A DNA stretch of 64,000 nt. It comes from an uncultured Thermoanaerobaculia bacterium (GTDB lineage Bacteria > Acidobacteriota > Thermoanaerobaculia > Multivoradales > JAGPDF01). A model generated the notes under the pieces. That model did no database searches. It was not told the DNA's origin and saw only the letters and a list, made by a program, of their open reading frames with translations. The position numbers and the translations under genes were made by a program. Positions within the stretch are counted from its first letter, which is position 1. Each line of letters opens with the position of its first letter. The DNA lies in contig CAZQTL010000002.1 in assembly GCA_964595975.1 (NCBI GenBank), forward strand, positions 362 through 64,361, given 5' to 3'. Shown piece by piece: positions 9,236 to 19,639 of the stretch.

Positions 9236-9712
9236 ATGCCCCGCCTGCACGTGGCGCTGGTGGCGCCCGAGATCCACTGGAACACCGGCAACGCCGGCCG
9301 CACCTGCCTCGCCGCCGGCGCCCGTCTGCATCTCGTCGATCCGCTCGGCTTCTCGCTCGACGAGCGCGCGATCCGCAGATCCGGTCTCGACTACTGGAAT
9401 CGCGTCGACCTCCAGCGCTGGGACGGCTGGCCGAGCTTCGAGCGCGCGCTCCCGGGTCTCGGCTCGCCGTACCTGTTCTCCGCCGATGCGAACCTCGACT
9501 ATTGGGACGTCGAATACCCCTCGGAGGTTACGCTGGTCTTCGGGGGAGAGAGCCGTGGGCTGCCACCGGAGCTGCGCGAGAGCTATCGCGAACGGCTGGT
9601 GCGGCTGCCGATGGCCGGCCGCGAGGTGCGCTCGCTCAACCTGTCCACCTGCGTCGGAATCGCGGTCTACGAGGTGTTGCGGCAGTGGCGCCAGCGGCGC
9701 CTGGCGGGCTGA
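9236..9712 (+). CDS. trmL: tRNA (cytidine/uridine-2'-O)-methyltransferase TrmL (SpoU/TrmH family)
   Basis: About 158 aa from MPRLHVALVAPEIHWNTGNAGRTCLAAG. SPOUT motifs are present (FGGESRGLP, LNLSTCVGIAVYE). Confidence 0.8.
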   Translation: MPRLHVALVAPEIHWNTGNAGRTCLAAGARLHLVDPLGFSLDERAIRRSGLDYWNRVDLQRWDGWPSFERALPGLGSPYLFSADANLDYWDVEYPSEVTLVFGGESRGLPPELRESYRERLVRLPMAGREVRSLNLSTCVGIAVYEVLRQWRQRRLAG

Positions 9713-9716
9713 ACCC

Positions 9717-10832
9717 TCAGCCCTGGAGCCGCTTGGCCAGGTCGTCGACCCGCGCGTTCTTGGGATCGATCTGCTGTGCCTTGCGCAGGTGCTTCTGGGC
9801 TTCGCGGGTCTTGCCCGCCGCGAGAGCCCAGTGCCCGAGGGCCGCCTCGCTCTCGGCCTGCGTCGGGTCGAGGCGCACGGCCCGGCGGTAGAACCTGCCC
9901 GCCTCTTCCAAGCGCCCGAGGCGCAGCGAAAGATCGCCCAGCGCGAGGTAACTGAAGGGGTTGCGGTTTCCCGAACGGTCCACCAGAGCGAGCAGCTCTT
10001 CGGCTTCCTGCTCCCGTCCGACCATACGCAGCAGGGCCGAGAGGTTCTGGTAGGCGGTCACCGTCGAAGGGTCGACCTCGAGCGCCCGGCGATAGGCCGC
10101 TTCGGCGGCGACGAGATCGCCGCCGCGGCGCTCGGCCACGCCGAGGTTGATCCACGCCTCGGCGAGCTCGGGATCGAGCTGGACCGAGGTCCGCAGCAGC
10201 TCCAGTCCCGCCGCCGTGTTGCCGTCGCGCAGCTCTTCGGCGCCGCGATTGGAGTAGTAGAGCGCCACGGCCGTCAGATCGGAAATCTCCTCGACCCAGC
10301 GATACGCGCGGACCGGCCGCTGCGCGAAATCGAGGATGCGCCGACGGTCGGGCGTGCCGAAGGCGGCGGTGATGTGCGCCGAGGCGACGATGAGGTCGCC
10401 CTCGCGTTCGAAGCTCTGCAGATCCGAGACGCGCAGCAGATAGACCGGCAGGTCGAGCTCCCGCGCCAGGGCGACGAAGAGCTGCGAGAAACCGAGGCAG
10501 TTGGCGGTGCCGGATTCGAAGACTTCGCGCGCCGTTCCGGTGTGCCCGGGGACATAGGTGAGCGGCGCCGTCGAGCGGTTGAGCAGCGACTGCAGCAGCC
10601 AGTTGAGCTGGATCTCCGCCCGGGTCGAGGTCGGAACCTCCTTGGCCAGCCAGGCGCGCATCTCGTCGTCGGCGGAGAACGGCACGACGACCTTGGAAGG
10701 GTCGACGCCGCGATCGCGGATCTGGTCCTGCAGCTCGTGCTGCATCCGCGCGCCGAGCCGCTGCGTCGCGCAGCCGGCAGCACCGAGGGCGCACAGGGCG
10801 AGCAGCGTCAGCCGAAGCAGGGGAAGCCTCAT
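9717..10832 (-). CDS. transglutaminase-like TPR lipoprotein
   Basis: Lipoprotein signal peptide with lipobox LGAAGC. Transglutaminase-core Cys motif GTANCLGFSQLFVALAREL. C-terminal TPR repeats. Its ATG overlaps the murJ stop (ATGA at 10829-10832). Confidence 0.6.
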   Translation of the reverse strand: MRLPLLRLTLLALCALGAAGCATQRLGARMQHELQDQIRDRGVDPSKVVVPFSADDEMRAWLAKEVPTSTRAEIQLNWLLQSLLNRSTAPLTYVPGHTGTAREVFESGTANCLGFSQLFVALARELDLPVYLLRVSDLQSFEREGDLIVASAHITAAFGTPDRRRILDFAQRPVRAYRWVEEISDLTAVALYYSNRGAEELRDGNTAAGLELLRTSVQLDPELAEAWINLGVAERRGGDLVAAEAAYRRALEVDPSTVTAYQNLSALLRMVGREQEAEELLALVDRSGNRNPFSYLALGDLSLRLGRLEEAGRFYRRAVRLDPTQAESEAALGHWALAAGKTREAQKHLRKAQQIDPKNARVDDLAKRLQG

Positions 10833-12517
10833 GGCCTTCTCCGCCGCAACCGCCCCACCCAGGCCTCCGCCGGGGCCTCGCCGCGGGCCGCGGCCAGGGC
10901 AAGGTAGGCAGCGCCGAAGAGGGCAAAGACGACGGCGGCGCGCAGCGTCGGATGAGCTCCCCAACCCGCAGTCACCCATGCAGCGCCTCCCGCTGGCAAG
11001 GCGGCGGCGAGGGCGTAGAGAGTGAAGCGCAGGAAGGCGGGCGCCGGCCAGACCAGGCTCGGCAGCTGGCGCCGCGCCGCGCGCCGCAGCGCCCCGAGCT
11101 CGAACCAGGCTGCCAGCGTGGCGGCCAACCCGAGTCCGACGGCACCGAGGCGAAGGGAGCTGCCGGGAGACCCGAGCAGCGCGAGATCGCCCAGGCGCTG
11201 GCGATCGAGCCAGAGCATCGCCGGAAAGCCGATCGCCAGGCTCGTCGCCACCCTCAGCACGGCGATCCGGGCGGGGGTGCGGGTGTCGCCCCGGGCGTAG
11301 AACCCCGCCTGCAGCACGCGGGATGAAGTCGATGCCGGCAGGCCCACTGCGTAGGCAGCGAGAACCAGGTAGACGAGGCGACTCTCGGCGGCACCGAATC
11401 CCTTTCCAAACAGCTGGAAGATCCCCTCCACGAGCGGAAGACCCAGCAAAAGATACGCCAGAAAGCTCGGAAGGTTCAAAAAGGCCGCGGTCTCGAGCGC
11501 GCGCGCCGTGCCGGCCGCGAGGTCCGGTTCCGCGGCGGCGCCGCTCCTCGCCAGGCGCGGCAGCGCCGCCGCCGCGACCGACATACCGAAGAGACTCACC
11601 GGCAGCAGGTAGAGCGTCTGGGCGTAGAACAGGGCGGCCACGGCGCCAGCGGCCAGCAGCGATGCCAGCAGCTGATCGAGGTACGAGGAGAGCTGAACGA
11701 CGCCGCGGCCGGCAAGGGTCGGCCCGAAGGCGGAGAGGACTTCCCGTACGGGCGGTGCCGCCAGGGAGAACGACAGGCGAAATCCGGTCAGGTCGCGGCG
11801 CAATCCAGGAAGTTGAATCAGGAACTGCACGATTCCGCCGACCAGGGCGCCGATGCACGCCGCCTCGAGCATCCGGTCGGCGATGGCGCTCGCGCCGGGG
11901 GCGCTGGCGGCATCGCCGGCAGCGCCGGGACGGGCTGCCCAGGCGACCGCGCCGACGATGGCCGCGTTCCAGAAGACCGGCGAGAAGTACGACAGGAAGA
12001 ACTTGCCGTGGCTGTTGCGCACCCCCAGCGCCCAGGCCGAGAGCACCAGTGTCGCCGTCATCGGGAAGATCCAGCGCACGGCCGCTACCGCCAGCTGGTA
12101 GCGGTCGACCGTGGCTTCGCCGAGAGCGATGAGCTCGCGATCGCGCAGGAAACCGGCGGCGAGCAGGCCGACAATCGGCCTGGCGAAGAGCATTCCGAGC
12201 GCCGCCGCCCCGCCGGCGACCGCCACCAGAAGCGAGAAGACCGCCCCCGCCAGCCGCCCGGCCTCCTCCCGCTTCCCTGCCGCGAGCAGCCGCGAGTACG
12301 TCGGGATGAAGGCGGCCGAGAGCGTCTGCTCGCCGAGCAGGTTCTGCAGCAGATTCGGCAGCCGCAGCGCGGCACTGAAAACGTCGGCGTGGGGTCCGAC
12401 ACCGAAGTAGGCCCCCAGCGCGCTCGTCCGCAGCAGACCCGCCAGCCGGCTGCAGAAGATGCCGGCGGCGACGGACAACGTTCCGCCCGATCTTCCGGCC
12501 CCCTTCGTCGGCGGCAA
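10829..12517 (-). CDS. murJ: lipid II flippase MurJ (MviN)
   Basis: Polytopic membrane protein. N-terminal region GGTLSVAAGIFCSRLAGLLRTSALGAYFG...DVFSAALRLPNLLQNLLGEQTLSAAFIPTY matches the conserved MurJ N-terminus. Start is approximate. There is no in-frame ATG after the upstream TPR gene; TTG at 12517 is the proposed start. Confidence 0.7.
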   Translation of the reverse strand: MPPTKGAGRSGGTLSVAAGIFCSRLAGLLRTSALGAYFGVGPHADVFSAALRLPNLLQNLLGEQTLSAAFIPTYSRLLAAGKREEAGRLAGAVFSLLVAVAGGAAALGMLFARPIVGLLAAGFLRDRELIALGEATVDRYQLAVAAVRWIFPMTATLVLSAWALGVRNSHGKFFLSYFSPVFWNAAIVGAVAWAARPGAAGDAASAPGASAIADRMLEAACIGALVGGIVQFLIQLPGLRRDLTGFRLSFSLAAPPVREVLSAFGPTLAGRGVVQLSSYLDQLLASLLAAGAVAALFYAQTLYLLPVSLFGMSVAAAALPRLARSGAAAEPDLAAGTARALETAAFLNLPSFLAYLLLGLPLVEGIFQLFGKGFGAAESRLVYLVLAAYAVGLPASTSSRVLQAGFYARGDTRTPARIAVLRVATSLAIGFPAMLWLDRQRLGDLALLGSPGSSLRLGAVGLGLAATLAAWFELGALRRAARRQLPSLVWPAPAFLRFTLYALAAALPAGGAAWVTAGWGAHPTLRAAVVFALFGAAYLALAAARGEAPAEAWVGRLRRRRP

Positions 12518-12534
12518 GCGATCCTCGGGCGTCT

Positions 12535-13866
12535 TCAGGAGCCGGCGGCGTTCTTCGCCAGCCAGGCAGACGCCAGTGGCCGCACGATGACCGACTCCGC
12601 GTCGAGGCCCGAGGCGCTGGCGAGCGCCTTCGCGTACCAGCTGCGGGCGTTCTCGCGATCCTTCATCCGGGCGTAGGAGTCGGCGATCAGGTACTGGATG
12701 TAGGCGCGATCGGTCTCCGACTGCGAGAGCTGAGCCACCGCCTCTTCGTAGTCCTTGTCCTGATAGCGCAGGTAGCCGACGAGATAGGGATAGATCCACT
12801 TGTAGTGTTCGGCGTTGCCCGGGTCCGAATCCATCAGCGCCTTCGCCTCGTCGGCCAGCCCCTGGGCCTTGCGCACCTCGCGGCGCAGCGCCGCCACGCG
12901 CGCAGCGCCGTGCAGCTGCCGGACGTGCCAGATCGGGCGCTCCTCCGCCTTCATCGTCGAGCCCTGCACGATCGCCCAGCCGCGGTCGTACCATTCGAGC
13001 GCCGCACCGCTGCTGCCGGTTTCGAGCAGCACCCGGCCGACGGCGTTGCAGGCCGCCGCCGCCATGTCGGGACGACCCATCCCCTGCCACATCGCCACCG
13101 CCTGCTCCGCCCGGTCGAGTCCCTGCGGCAGCTGCCGCAGGTAGGTCTGGGCGTAGACGATCGCCATGAGGGCGCGATAGCGGTCGTTCCCCGGCGCCGC
13201 GGAATCGACCGCCTTCGCCAGGTCGGAGAAGGTGCCGTCCTTGTCGCCCATGAACAGACGGGCCGCGGCGCGGCCCAGCAGCGCAGCGACCGGCCGCCCC
13301 TGATCGTCGACCGCGTGGTTGTAGGCGTTGTAGGCGGCGGCGAAATCCCCTGCGGCGCGCTTGAGATCGCCCACTCCGAGCAACGCCGAGGTATAAGCCG
13401 GATCGAGGGCGACGGCGGCGTTGTACTCCGCCAGCGCTCCAGCCGGGTCCGGCTGCGCGCGCAGCGCGTCTCCCAGGAGTTTGTGCAGCCGCTTGTCGGT
13501 GCCCTTGGCCGCCACCGCCTCGCGCAGCTTGACGATCGCCTCGGCCGCCTTCCCCTCGTCGAGCAGTGCCAGTCCGGCCGTGGCCGGTCGCAGCCAATGC
13601 CCCTCGGGAGCGAGGGCCCCGGCGCGCGCGAGGTCGGCGGTCCGCGCTTCGCCCCGCTCGGCGAGCGCGAGCTCGAAGAGAGCTTCCGCGGCGCCGGTCG
13701 CGAGACCGGGGCGTGCCGCGTCGAGATCCCCGCGGTCGAGCGCTTCCCGGGCCTGGCCGAGGGCGTTCGCGGCCCCCTGGGGTTCGGCGGCCGCAGCGAC
13801 AGCGGGCAGCAGGAGACCGGTCGCCAGAGCGATCGCACCGGCGCACAACCAAAGCCTTCGCTTCAT
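12535..13866 (-). CDS. TPR-repeat secreted protein
   Basis: Signal peptide MKRRLWLCAGAIALATGLLLPAVAAAA. Multiple TPR-like helical repeats. Confidence 0.6.
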   Translation of the reverse strand: MKRRLWLCAGAIALATGLLLPAVAAAAEPQGAANALGQAREALDRGDLDAARPGLATGAAEALFELALAERGEARTADLARAGALAPEGHWLRPATAGLALLDEGKAAEAIVKLREAVAAKGTDKRLHKLLGDALRAQPDPAGALAEYNAAVALDPAYTSALLGVGDLKRAAGDFAAAYNAYNHAVDDQGRPVAALLGRAAARLFMGDKDGTFSDLAKAVDSAAPGNDRYRALMAIVYAQTYLRQLPQGLDRAEQAVAMWQGMGRPDMAAAACNAVGRVLLETGSSGAALEWYDRGWAIVQGSTMKAEERPIWHVRQLHGAARVAALRREVRKAQGLADEAKALMDSDPGNAEHYKWIYPYLVGYLRYQDKDYEEAVAQLSQSETDRAYIQYLIADSYARMKDRENARSWYAKALASASGLDAESVIVRPLASAWLAKNAAGS

Positions 13867-13903
13867 GGTTCTCTCCTTGGCAGCAAGACAGTCCTACCGT
13901 CCC

Positions 13904-14407
13904 TCATGGCGATACCTTCCCCTGTTCCTTCTCCGTCCCCGCCGCGGCGGCGGTCCGCGCCAGCTGCTCGCGCGCCTCGCGCTGCACGGCGAGGAGCATG
14001 CCCGAGAGCCCCAGCGACTTCCCCAGCGACAGCTCGCGGCCGAAGAGCCGTTCCACCACCTCCACCGGCAGCTGCGTCACCGCCTCGAGCGGCGCCCCGG
14101 ACAGGGTGCGGGCGAGAATCGCCGCCAGCGCCCGGGCCGAGATGCCCTGCGGGTTCTCGACTGCGAAGTGCAGGTCGAGCCTGCCATCCGGCCGCGCCTC
14201 CGCGAAGACGAAGGCTTGCGACTCGCAGGCCGGAACCCGGTGGGCCTCCGGGAAGGGCCGCCGGGCGAGCCGGGAGGGGACTTCGCGGTACCCCTCGGCC
14301 AGCGCAATCAGGGCTTCGATGCGCTCCGGCCGGTCGAGGCCGGAGAGCATCTCGACGAGATCGGCGAGCTCGGGGAGCTGCCGCAGCGCGGGATCGACCG
14401 GCGGCAT
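13904..14407 (-). CDS. sufE: SufE-like sulfur acceptor protein
   Basis: About 167 aa from MPPVDPALRQLPELADLVEMLSG. Conserved SufE region ...ACESQAFVF...LDLHFAVE.. carries the persulfide-acceptor Cys. My reading is off by one nucleotide from the ORF track near nt 14400, so the start is given to within 1 nt. Confidence 0.6.
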   Translation of the reverse strand: MPPVDPALRQLPELADLVEMLSGLDRPERIEALIALAEGYREVPSRLARRPFPEAHRVPACESQAFVFAEARPDGRLDLHFAVENPQGISARALAAILARTLSGAPLEAVTQLPVEVVERLFGRELSLGKSLGLSGMLLAVQREAREQLARTAAAAGTEKEQGKVSP

Positions 14408-14414
14408 GCCCGCG

Positions 14415-15284
14415 TCAGCGCTCAATCGGCGCGCCCACCAGATTTCCCCATTCGGTCCAGCTGCCGTCGTAGTTGCGCACCCTGGGGTGCCCGAGCAGGT
14501 AGGTGAGCACGAACCAGGTGTGGCTGCTGCGCTCGCCGATCCGGCAGTAGGCGACGATCTCCTCCTGACGGGGCAGACGCTGCTCCTCGAAGTAGATCTG
14601 CGCCAGCTCGGCAGCGTTGCGGAACTCGCCGGTCTCGGGCACGATGGCGCGCGCCCACGGCACGCTCTTCGCTCCCGGGATGTGGCCGCCGCGCAGCGCC
14701 CCCTCATTGGGATAGGCCGCCATGTGCAGGCGCTCGCCGGAGAACTCTTCCGGGCTGCGGACGTCGACCAGCGGCCGACCGGCGGCGACATGCGCGAGGA
14801 CCTGGTCGCGGAACGCCCGGATGCGCGAGTCGTCGCGCTCGGGGGCGACATAGGCGGAGGGCGGCCAGGCCGGGATCTCCCTGACCAGGGCGCGCCCCTC
14901 CTGCGCCCATTTCACGCTGCCGCCGTCCATGATCCGCGCCCGGGTGTGGCCGAAGAGCTGCAGGATCCAGAAGGCGTAGCAGGCCCACCAGTTGTTCTTG
15001 TCGCCGTAGAGGACGACGGTCGTGTCGTTGGCGATGCCGTGACGCCGCATCAGTCTCTCGAAGCCCGCCCGATCGAGGTAGTCACGGCGCACGGCGTCGT
15101 TCAGATCGCGCGCCCAGTCGATCTCGACGGCGCCGGCGAGATGCCCCGAAGGATAGACCAGCGGATCCTCGTTCGACTCGACGATGCGGACCCCGGGGTC
15201 GTCCTGGTGCTCGGCGACCCACTGCGTCGAGACGAGCACTTCCGGCTGGGCATAGCCACGTGCGGACGGATCGGTCATGAGCAC
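14415..15284 (-). CDS. sseA: thiosulfate/3-mercaptopyruvate sulfurtransferase (tandem rhodanese)
   Basis: Two rhodanese domains. Active-site loop [11 protein letters not shown] contains the catalytic Cys (CRxGx[R/T] motif). Confidence 0.8.
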   Translation of the reverse strand: MLMTDPSARGYAQPEVLVSTQWVAEHQDDPGVRIVESNEDPLVYPSGHLAGAVEIDWARDLNDAVRRDYLDRAGFERLMRRHGIANDTTVVLYGDKNNWWACYAFWILQLFGHTRARIMDGGSVKWAQEGRALVREIPAWPPSAYVAPERDDSRIRAFRDQVLAHVAAGRPLVDVRSPEEFSGERLHMAAYPNEGALRGGHIPGAKSVPWARAIVPETGEFRNAAELAQIYFEEQRLPRQEEIVAYCRIGERSSHTWFVLTYLLGHPRVRNYDGSWTEWGNLVGAPIER

Positions 15285-15355
15285 CTTCCTAGGAGGGAAG
15301 GAGTATAGACCGACCTCCGGCGCCCGGGGGGCTCTGCCGATAGACTCTCCGCCCC

Positions 15356-18300
15356 GTGTCCGTCCCGCCCAGTGCCCCGCTGTCGCACCCCGAAGCCGGG
15401 CCGCGGCCTCGTCTCTATGTCGTCGCCCTCGCCCATCTCGACACGCAGTGGCGGTGGACGGTGCGGGAAACGGCAGCGGAATTCCTGCCGCGAACCGTGC
15501 GCCAGAACGAGGACCGTTTCCGCCGCGCGCCCGGCTATCGCTTGAATTTCGAGGGCGCCTACCGCTATCGCCTGCTGGCCGAGTGTCACCCCGAGCTCTT
15601 CGCGCGGGTGCAGGCGCGCGTCGCCGAAGGCCGCTGGTTCCCTTCCGGGGCGGCCTGGGAGGCCTTCGACACCCACCTGCCGGCCCCGGAGTCGATCGTC
15701 CGCCAGCTCCTCTACGGGACCCGCGCCTTCGAGGCTGCGGTGGGCCGCGCCGGCCGTGACATCTTCCTGCCCGACTGTTTCGGCTTCTCGCAGGCCCTGC
15801 CGACGCTCGCCGCGCATTGCGGCATCGTCGGCTTCACGACCCAGAAGCTGCGTCGCGGCGCCGAGATGCGCTCCGCCTTCGGGGTCCCCTTCCCGTTCGG
15901 CCTCTGGGCCGGTCCCGACGGTTCGCTCCTGCCGGCGGTGCTCGATCCGGGCGAGTACGGAGCCCAGACGCGCGCCGACCTGAGCCGGGACCCCGAGTGG
16001 ATCGAGCGCTTCGCCCGGCTGGCGGCCGACGGTCGTCCGCTGCGACTGATGACCCTGCAGGGACTCGGCGACAAAGGGGGCGCGATCGCTCCGGCGACCG
16101 TCGCCTGGCTCGAGAGAGCCACCGCCGGGGCGGGCGGCATCGACGTCGTCCTCGCCGACTCCGAACAGCTCTTCCGCGAGCTCGCGCCCACGGAGCGCTC
16201 CCGGCTGCCGGTCTACGACGGTGAGCTCCTGCTGCGGCTGCACGCCACCGGCTGCTACAGCTCGCGCGCCGAGCTCAAGCGCCGCCATCGCCAGGCCGAG
16301 CAACTGGCGCACGCCGCCGAGCGCGCGGCCGTGATCGCCCAGGCGTTCGCCGGCCGGCCAGCCGGCCGCGACCGCCTTCGCGAAGCCTGGCTGCGTATCC
16401 TCGCCCACGAGATGCACGACGATCTCACCGGCACGAGTCTCGTCGCGGCCTACCGCTACTCCGCCCACGATCTCGCGCTCTCCCTCAACGAGCTCCGGCA
16501 GGAGCTCGAGGAGGCCGTCGGCGCGGTCGCGCTCCGCCTCGGCACGCGGCCGTCGGAGACCTCGAGCACACCTCTGATCGTCTTCAACGCACTCGGCTGG
16601 GATCGTACGGATCTCGTCGAGGTCGAGCTGCCCGCGCCGTCCTCGCCGGGCGCACTGATCTCGGTATTCGACGCCCAGGGTCACGAGCTTCCCTCCCAGT
16701 GGCAAACGGAGGGAACGACGACGCGTGGCCGCTTCGCGGCACACCTTCCTTCCCTGGGCTGTTCGCGCTTCGAGGTGAGCGCGGCGCCGCCGGGAACCAG
16801 GACTCCCGCCAGCGAGCTCTCCGCCGGCGAGAGCTTCCTCGAGAACGCACGGCTCCGCGTCGAGATCGACGACAATGGCGACATCTCGCGGATCTTCGAC
16901 AAGCAGGCCCAACGCGAGCTTCTCGCTGCGCCGATCGGGCTCGAGATCCTCGACAACTTCTCGGACCGGTTTCCCTCCTGGGAGATTCGCTGGGAGGACA
17001 CCTCCCGCCCCGCCCGCACCCGGATCGCGGGACCGGTCCGCGCACCGGCGGTGGAGCGCGGAGCGGCGCGGGTCGCAGTCACGATCGAACGCATCGCCGA
17101 GGGATCGCGCTTCCGGCAGACGATCTCCCTCGCCGTCGGCGCGGCCGGCGATCACGTCGCCGTCGAGACCGCGATCGACTGGCGAACCGACGGCGCGCTG
17201 CTCAAGATGCGCTTCCCTCTCGCCACTGCGGCCGAGCAGGCGCTCTTCGACCAGGGAGTCGGCGTCGCCCGCCGTCCGGTGGCCTCCGCGCAGCTCTACG
17301 AGGTGCCGGCGCACCGCTGGGCGGCGCTGCGCGAGGGGCCCGGAGAAACGGGGGCCGGCGCCGCCATCGCCAACGACTGCAAGTACGGCTGGGACCATCC
17401 GAGCGCCGACACCTTGCGCCTGACGCTCCTGCACACGCCGCGCATCGGCCGGCGCTTCCGCTACCAGGCGAAGCAGGATTTCGGCCATCACCACGTGCGG
17501 GTGGCGATCGCGCCGATCCGCGCCGGCGACTCCCTCGCCCCCACCGTGCGTCTCGCGGAGCGCATCTGCCAGCCGCCCCAGCCGTTCCTGCCGCTGGCCT
17601 CGCCGGCGGCCGAGCACGCTCCCGACACCGGCAAGCCCGGCAGCATCTCCTTTCTGGCGCTCGACCAGCAGGAGGTGGCCGTTCAGGCTCTGAAGCTGGC
17701 CGAAGACGGGGACGAAGTCGTCCTGCGCCTGCGCGAAACCACCGGCCAAGCCCGGGAAGTCGACCTCGATTCCTATCTGCCGATCGCGAACGTCCGCAAC
17801 ATCGATGGCTGCGAGCGGCCGCTCGAGGCCACGGCGCTGCCGACGGACCCGACGCGAAAAACTCCAGTAAGGGAGAGGAGCGCCACCCGTACTTCGGTCG
17901 CCGGCTTCGGACTCGCCGCGATCGCTCTGCAGCTCGATCCCCCTTTACCGGTCCTTTCGCCCCGGCCGCCGCGAACACTGGCCCTGGCCCTGCCCTGGAA
18001 CTGCACGGCCGTCACCTCGCCGGGCGAGCGGGCGCGCGACGGCGGACTCGACGGACAGGGCCGCGCGATCCCGCGCCAGCTCCTGCCGCGCGCGCTGCGC
18101 CGCTGCGGTGTCGAGCTCGACCTGGCGCACGCGCATCGCGCGGATTCACCTTCGGCGCTACTCTGCTCGGCACAGAAGGTCGTGCTCGCCCCCGGATACT
18201 GCCGGTTGGTTCTCCTGGCAGCGGCCTTTCCGGAGGCGGCGGCGATCGAGTTCGTCGTCGACGGCGTGGCCGCTCCGCGGCGGGTCGCCGGCGGTTTCTC

Positions 18301-18595
18301 GCCGCTCGGACGCTTCGACGAGCTCGAGCGCGGCTTCTTCGGCCGGCCGACTGGCGGTGTCGTGACCGGTTTCTTCCGCCGGGAGCCGCTGGCTCTGGCC
18401 CTGCCGCACCGCCACGATCGCCGCGGCAGGATCGACCCCTGCGCGCCGATTCAGTTCTTCACCGTCGAGCTGCCTGTGTCGCCTGCAGGGTCGGAGCTTC
18501 AGCTGCCGCAGGGCGGGCGCCTGATCGTGCTCGCCGCGACGCTCAGCGCGGCAGCGTCTCCGGCGGCGAGGAGCGCCGGCGGAGGAGCGGACTGA
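15356..18595 (+). CDS. glycoside hydrolase family 38 alpha-mannosidase
   Basis: 1079 aa. GH38 signatures: N-terminal HLDTQW region, [19 protein letters not shown] (the conserved GYYTSR...K..NR..E stretch), [16 protein letters not shown]. The N-terminus is more confident than the C-terminal half. Confidence 0.65.
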   Translation: MSVPPSAPLSHPEAGPRPRLYVVALAHLDTQWRWTVRETAAEFLPRTVRQNEDRFRRAPGYRLNFEGAYRYRLLAECHPELFARVQARVAEGRWFPSGAAWEAFDTHLPAPESIVRQLLYGTRAFEAAVGRAGRDIFLPDCFGFSQALPTLAAHCGIVGFTTQKLRRGAEMRSAFGVPFPFGLWAGPDGSLLPAVLDPGEYGAQTRADLSRDPEWIERFARLAADGRPLRLMTLQGLGDKGGAIAPATVAWLERATAGAGGIDVVLADSEQLFRELAPTERSRLPVYDGELLLRLHATGCYSSRAELKRRHRQAEQLAHAAERAAVIAQAFAGRPAGRDRLREAWLRILAHEMHDDLTGTSLVAAYRYSAHDLALSLNELRQELEEAVGAVALRLGTRPSETSSTPLIVFNALGWDRTDLVEVELPAPSSPGALISVFDAQGHELPSQWQTEGTTTRGRFAAHLPSLGCSRFEVSAAPPGTRTPASELSAGESFLENARLRVEIDDNGDISRIFDKQAQRELLAAPIGLEILDNFSDRFPSWEIRWEDTSRPARTRIAGPVRAPAVERGAARVAVTIERIAEGSRFRQTISLAVGAAGDHVAVETAIDWRTDGALLKMRFPLATAAEQALFDQGVGVARRPVASAQLYEVPAHRWAALREGPGETGAGAAIANDCKYGWDHPSADTLRLTLLHTPRIGRRFRYQAKQDFGHHHVRVAIAPIRAGDSLAPTVRLAERICQPPQPFLPLASPAAEHAPDTGKPGSISFLALDQQEVAVQALKLAEDGDEVVLRLRETTGQAREVDLDSYLPIANVRNIDGCERPLEATALPTDPTRKTPVRERSATRTSVAGFGLAAIALQLDPPLPVLSPRPPRTLALALPWNCTAVTSPGERARDGGLDGQGRAIPRQLLPRALRRCGVELDLAHAHRADSPSALLCSAQKVVLAPGYCRLVLLAAAFPEAAAIEFVVDGVAAPRRVAGGFSPLGRFDELERGFFGRPTGGVVTGFFRREPLALALPHRHDRRGRIDPCAPIQFFTVELPVSPAGSELQLPQGGRLIVLAATLSAAASPAARSAGGGAD

Positions 18596-19071
18596 TGGAG
18601 CTGCTCTGGGTCGTCTGCGTGCTCTGCGTCGTCGTCGGCTTCGCCGGCGCCGTGCTGCCGGCGATCCCCGGCCCGCCGCTGGTCTTCGCCGGCCTCGTCG
18701 CCGGAGCGGCGGCGGACGGCTTCGAGCGCGTCGGCTGGGGGACCCTGACGGTCCTGTTCCTGCTCACCTGCCTGACTTTCGGCATCGACATCGCGGCGAC
18801 CGCTCTCGGCGCGCAGCGCGCCGGGGCCAGCAAGCTGGCGATCGCCGGCGCGCTCGTCGGCTCGCTGGTCGGTCTCGCCTTCGGCCTGCCGGGTCTGCTG
18901 TTGGGACCGTTCGCCGGCGCGCTCGCCGGCGAATGGATCGCGCGGCGGAATCTGCGTCAGGCGGGCAAGGTCGGATTCGCGACCTGGCTCGGCATGCTTC
19001 TCGCGGCGGTGGGCAAACTGGCGGTTCTCTGCCTCATGGTGGGTCTCTTCGCCCTCGCCTGGTGGCTTTGA
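18595..19071 (+). CDS. DUF456-like small membrane protein
   Basis: 158 aa with four predicted TM segments and Gly-rich GxxxG packing motifs. Its ATG overlaps the upstream stop by 1 nt. Confidence 0.5.
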   Translation: MELLWVVCVLCVVVGFAGAVLPAIPGPPLVFAGLVAGAAADGFERVGWGTLTVLFLLTCLTFGIDIAATALGAQRAGASKLAIAGALVGSLVGLAFGLPGLLLGPFAGALAGEWIARRNLRQAGKVGFATWLGMLLAAVGKLAVLCLMVGLFALAWWL

Positions 19072-19084
19072 GCCCGCTCCTTCG

Positions 19085-19594
19085 TCAGAAGAAGAGACCG
19101 GAGGTATCGAGAACCTCGAGCACCTCGAGCTCCTGGATCCGCCAGAGACCGTCGTCCTGGCGCCAGGCGATGCGCAGCCGCAGGCGCTCGCGTCCGGGCC
19201 CGCCCGGGCGGAGCCCGACCGCCTCCAGCACGGCGGTCATCTCGGCCGTGGCGTTCGGCCGCAGGTCGAGCTCGACCTCCGAGTCCGAGACCGCGATCGT
19301 CTCGGCGCTCGCGCGATAGCGGTCGACGATCCCCATGAGCTGCTGGCGGTCCGTGATGGTCCCCTCGTAGGGCTGGGCGAGGATCACGAAGCCGTCGGCG
19401 AAGATCTGCGAGACCTCGCGCGCGTGGGCCAGACGGTCGAGCGCCCCCTCGGAGCCGCCTTTTTCGACCGCGCTCTGTAGCGCCTCGAACCGGGACAGGA
19501 CTCGCCGGCGGTCGCTGGTCCACCAGCGGACGACGACGACGAGCCCCGCGATCAGGGCGACGACGGCGACCCACCGGACGACCGCCGGCCTCAC
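19085..19594 (-). CDS. hypothetical membrane-anchored protein
   Basis: 169 aa with an N-terminal TM anchor (VVRWVAVVALIAGLVVVV) and a soluble domain of unknown function. Confidence 0.4.
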   Translation of the reverse strand: MRPAVVRWVAVVALIAGLVVVVRWWTSDRRRVLSRFEALQSAVEKGGSEGALDRLAHAREVSQIFADGFVILAQPYEGTITDRQQLMGIVDRYRASAETIAVSDSEVELDLRPNATAEMTAVLEAVGLRPGGPGRERLRLRIAWRQDDGLWRIQELEVLEVLDTSGLFF

Positions 19595-19639
19595 TGGCGA
19601 CCTCGACCGCCCGCCGTCACCCCTCGATTCCCCGTCCGG

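Noticed and set aside
8055-10907. 950-aa plus-strand ORF spanning the adaptor, trmL and TPR genes in antisense
   Set aside because: No motifs and biased composition. It overlaps three well-supported genes on the other strand or frame. High-GC artefact.
10829-13852. Single 1007-aa protein call
   Set aside because: The N-terminal about 560 codons overlap the well-formed TPR gene (12535-13866) in another frame and are Arg-rich. Only the C-terminal MurJ portion, from about 12517, is real.
15275-17749. 824-aa minus-strand ORF antisense to the GH38 mannosidase, and the 790-aa plus-strand ORF 16699-19071 in an alternative frame
   Set aside because: Low-complexity Arg/Gly/Pro-rich translations. The GH38 frame carries recognisable family motifs. 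Only the last 158 codons of the 16699-19071 ORF (DUF456 protein) look real.
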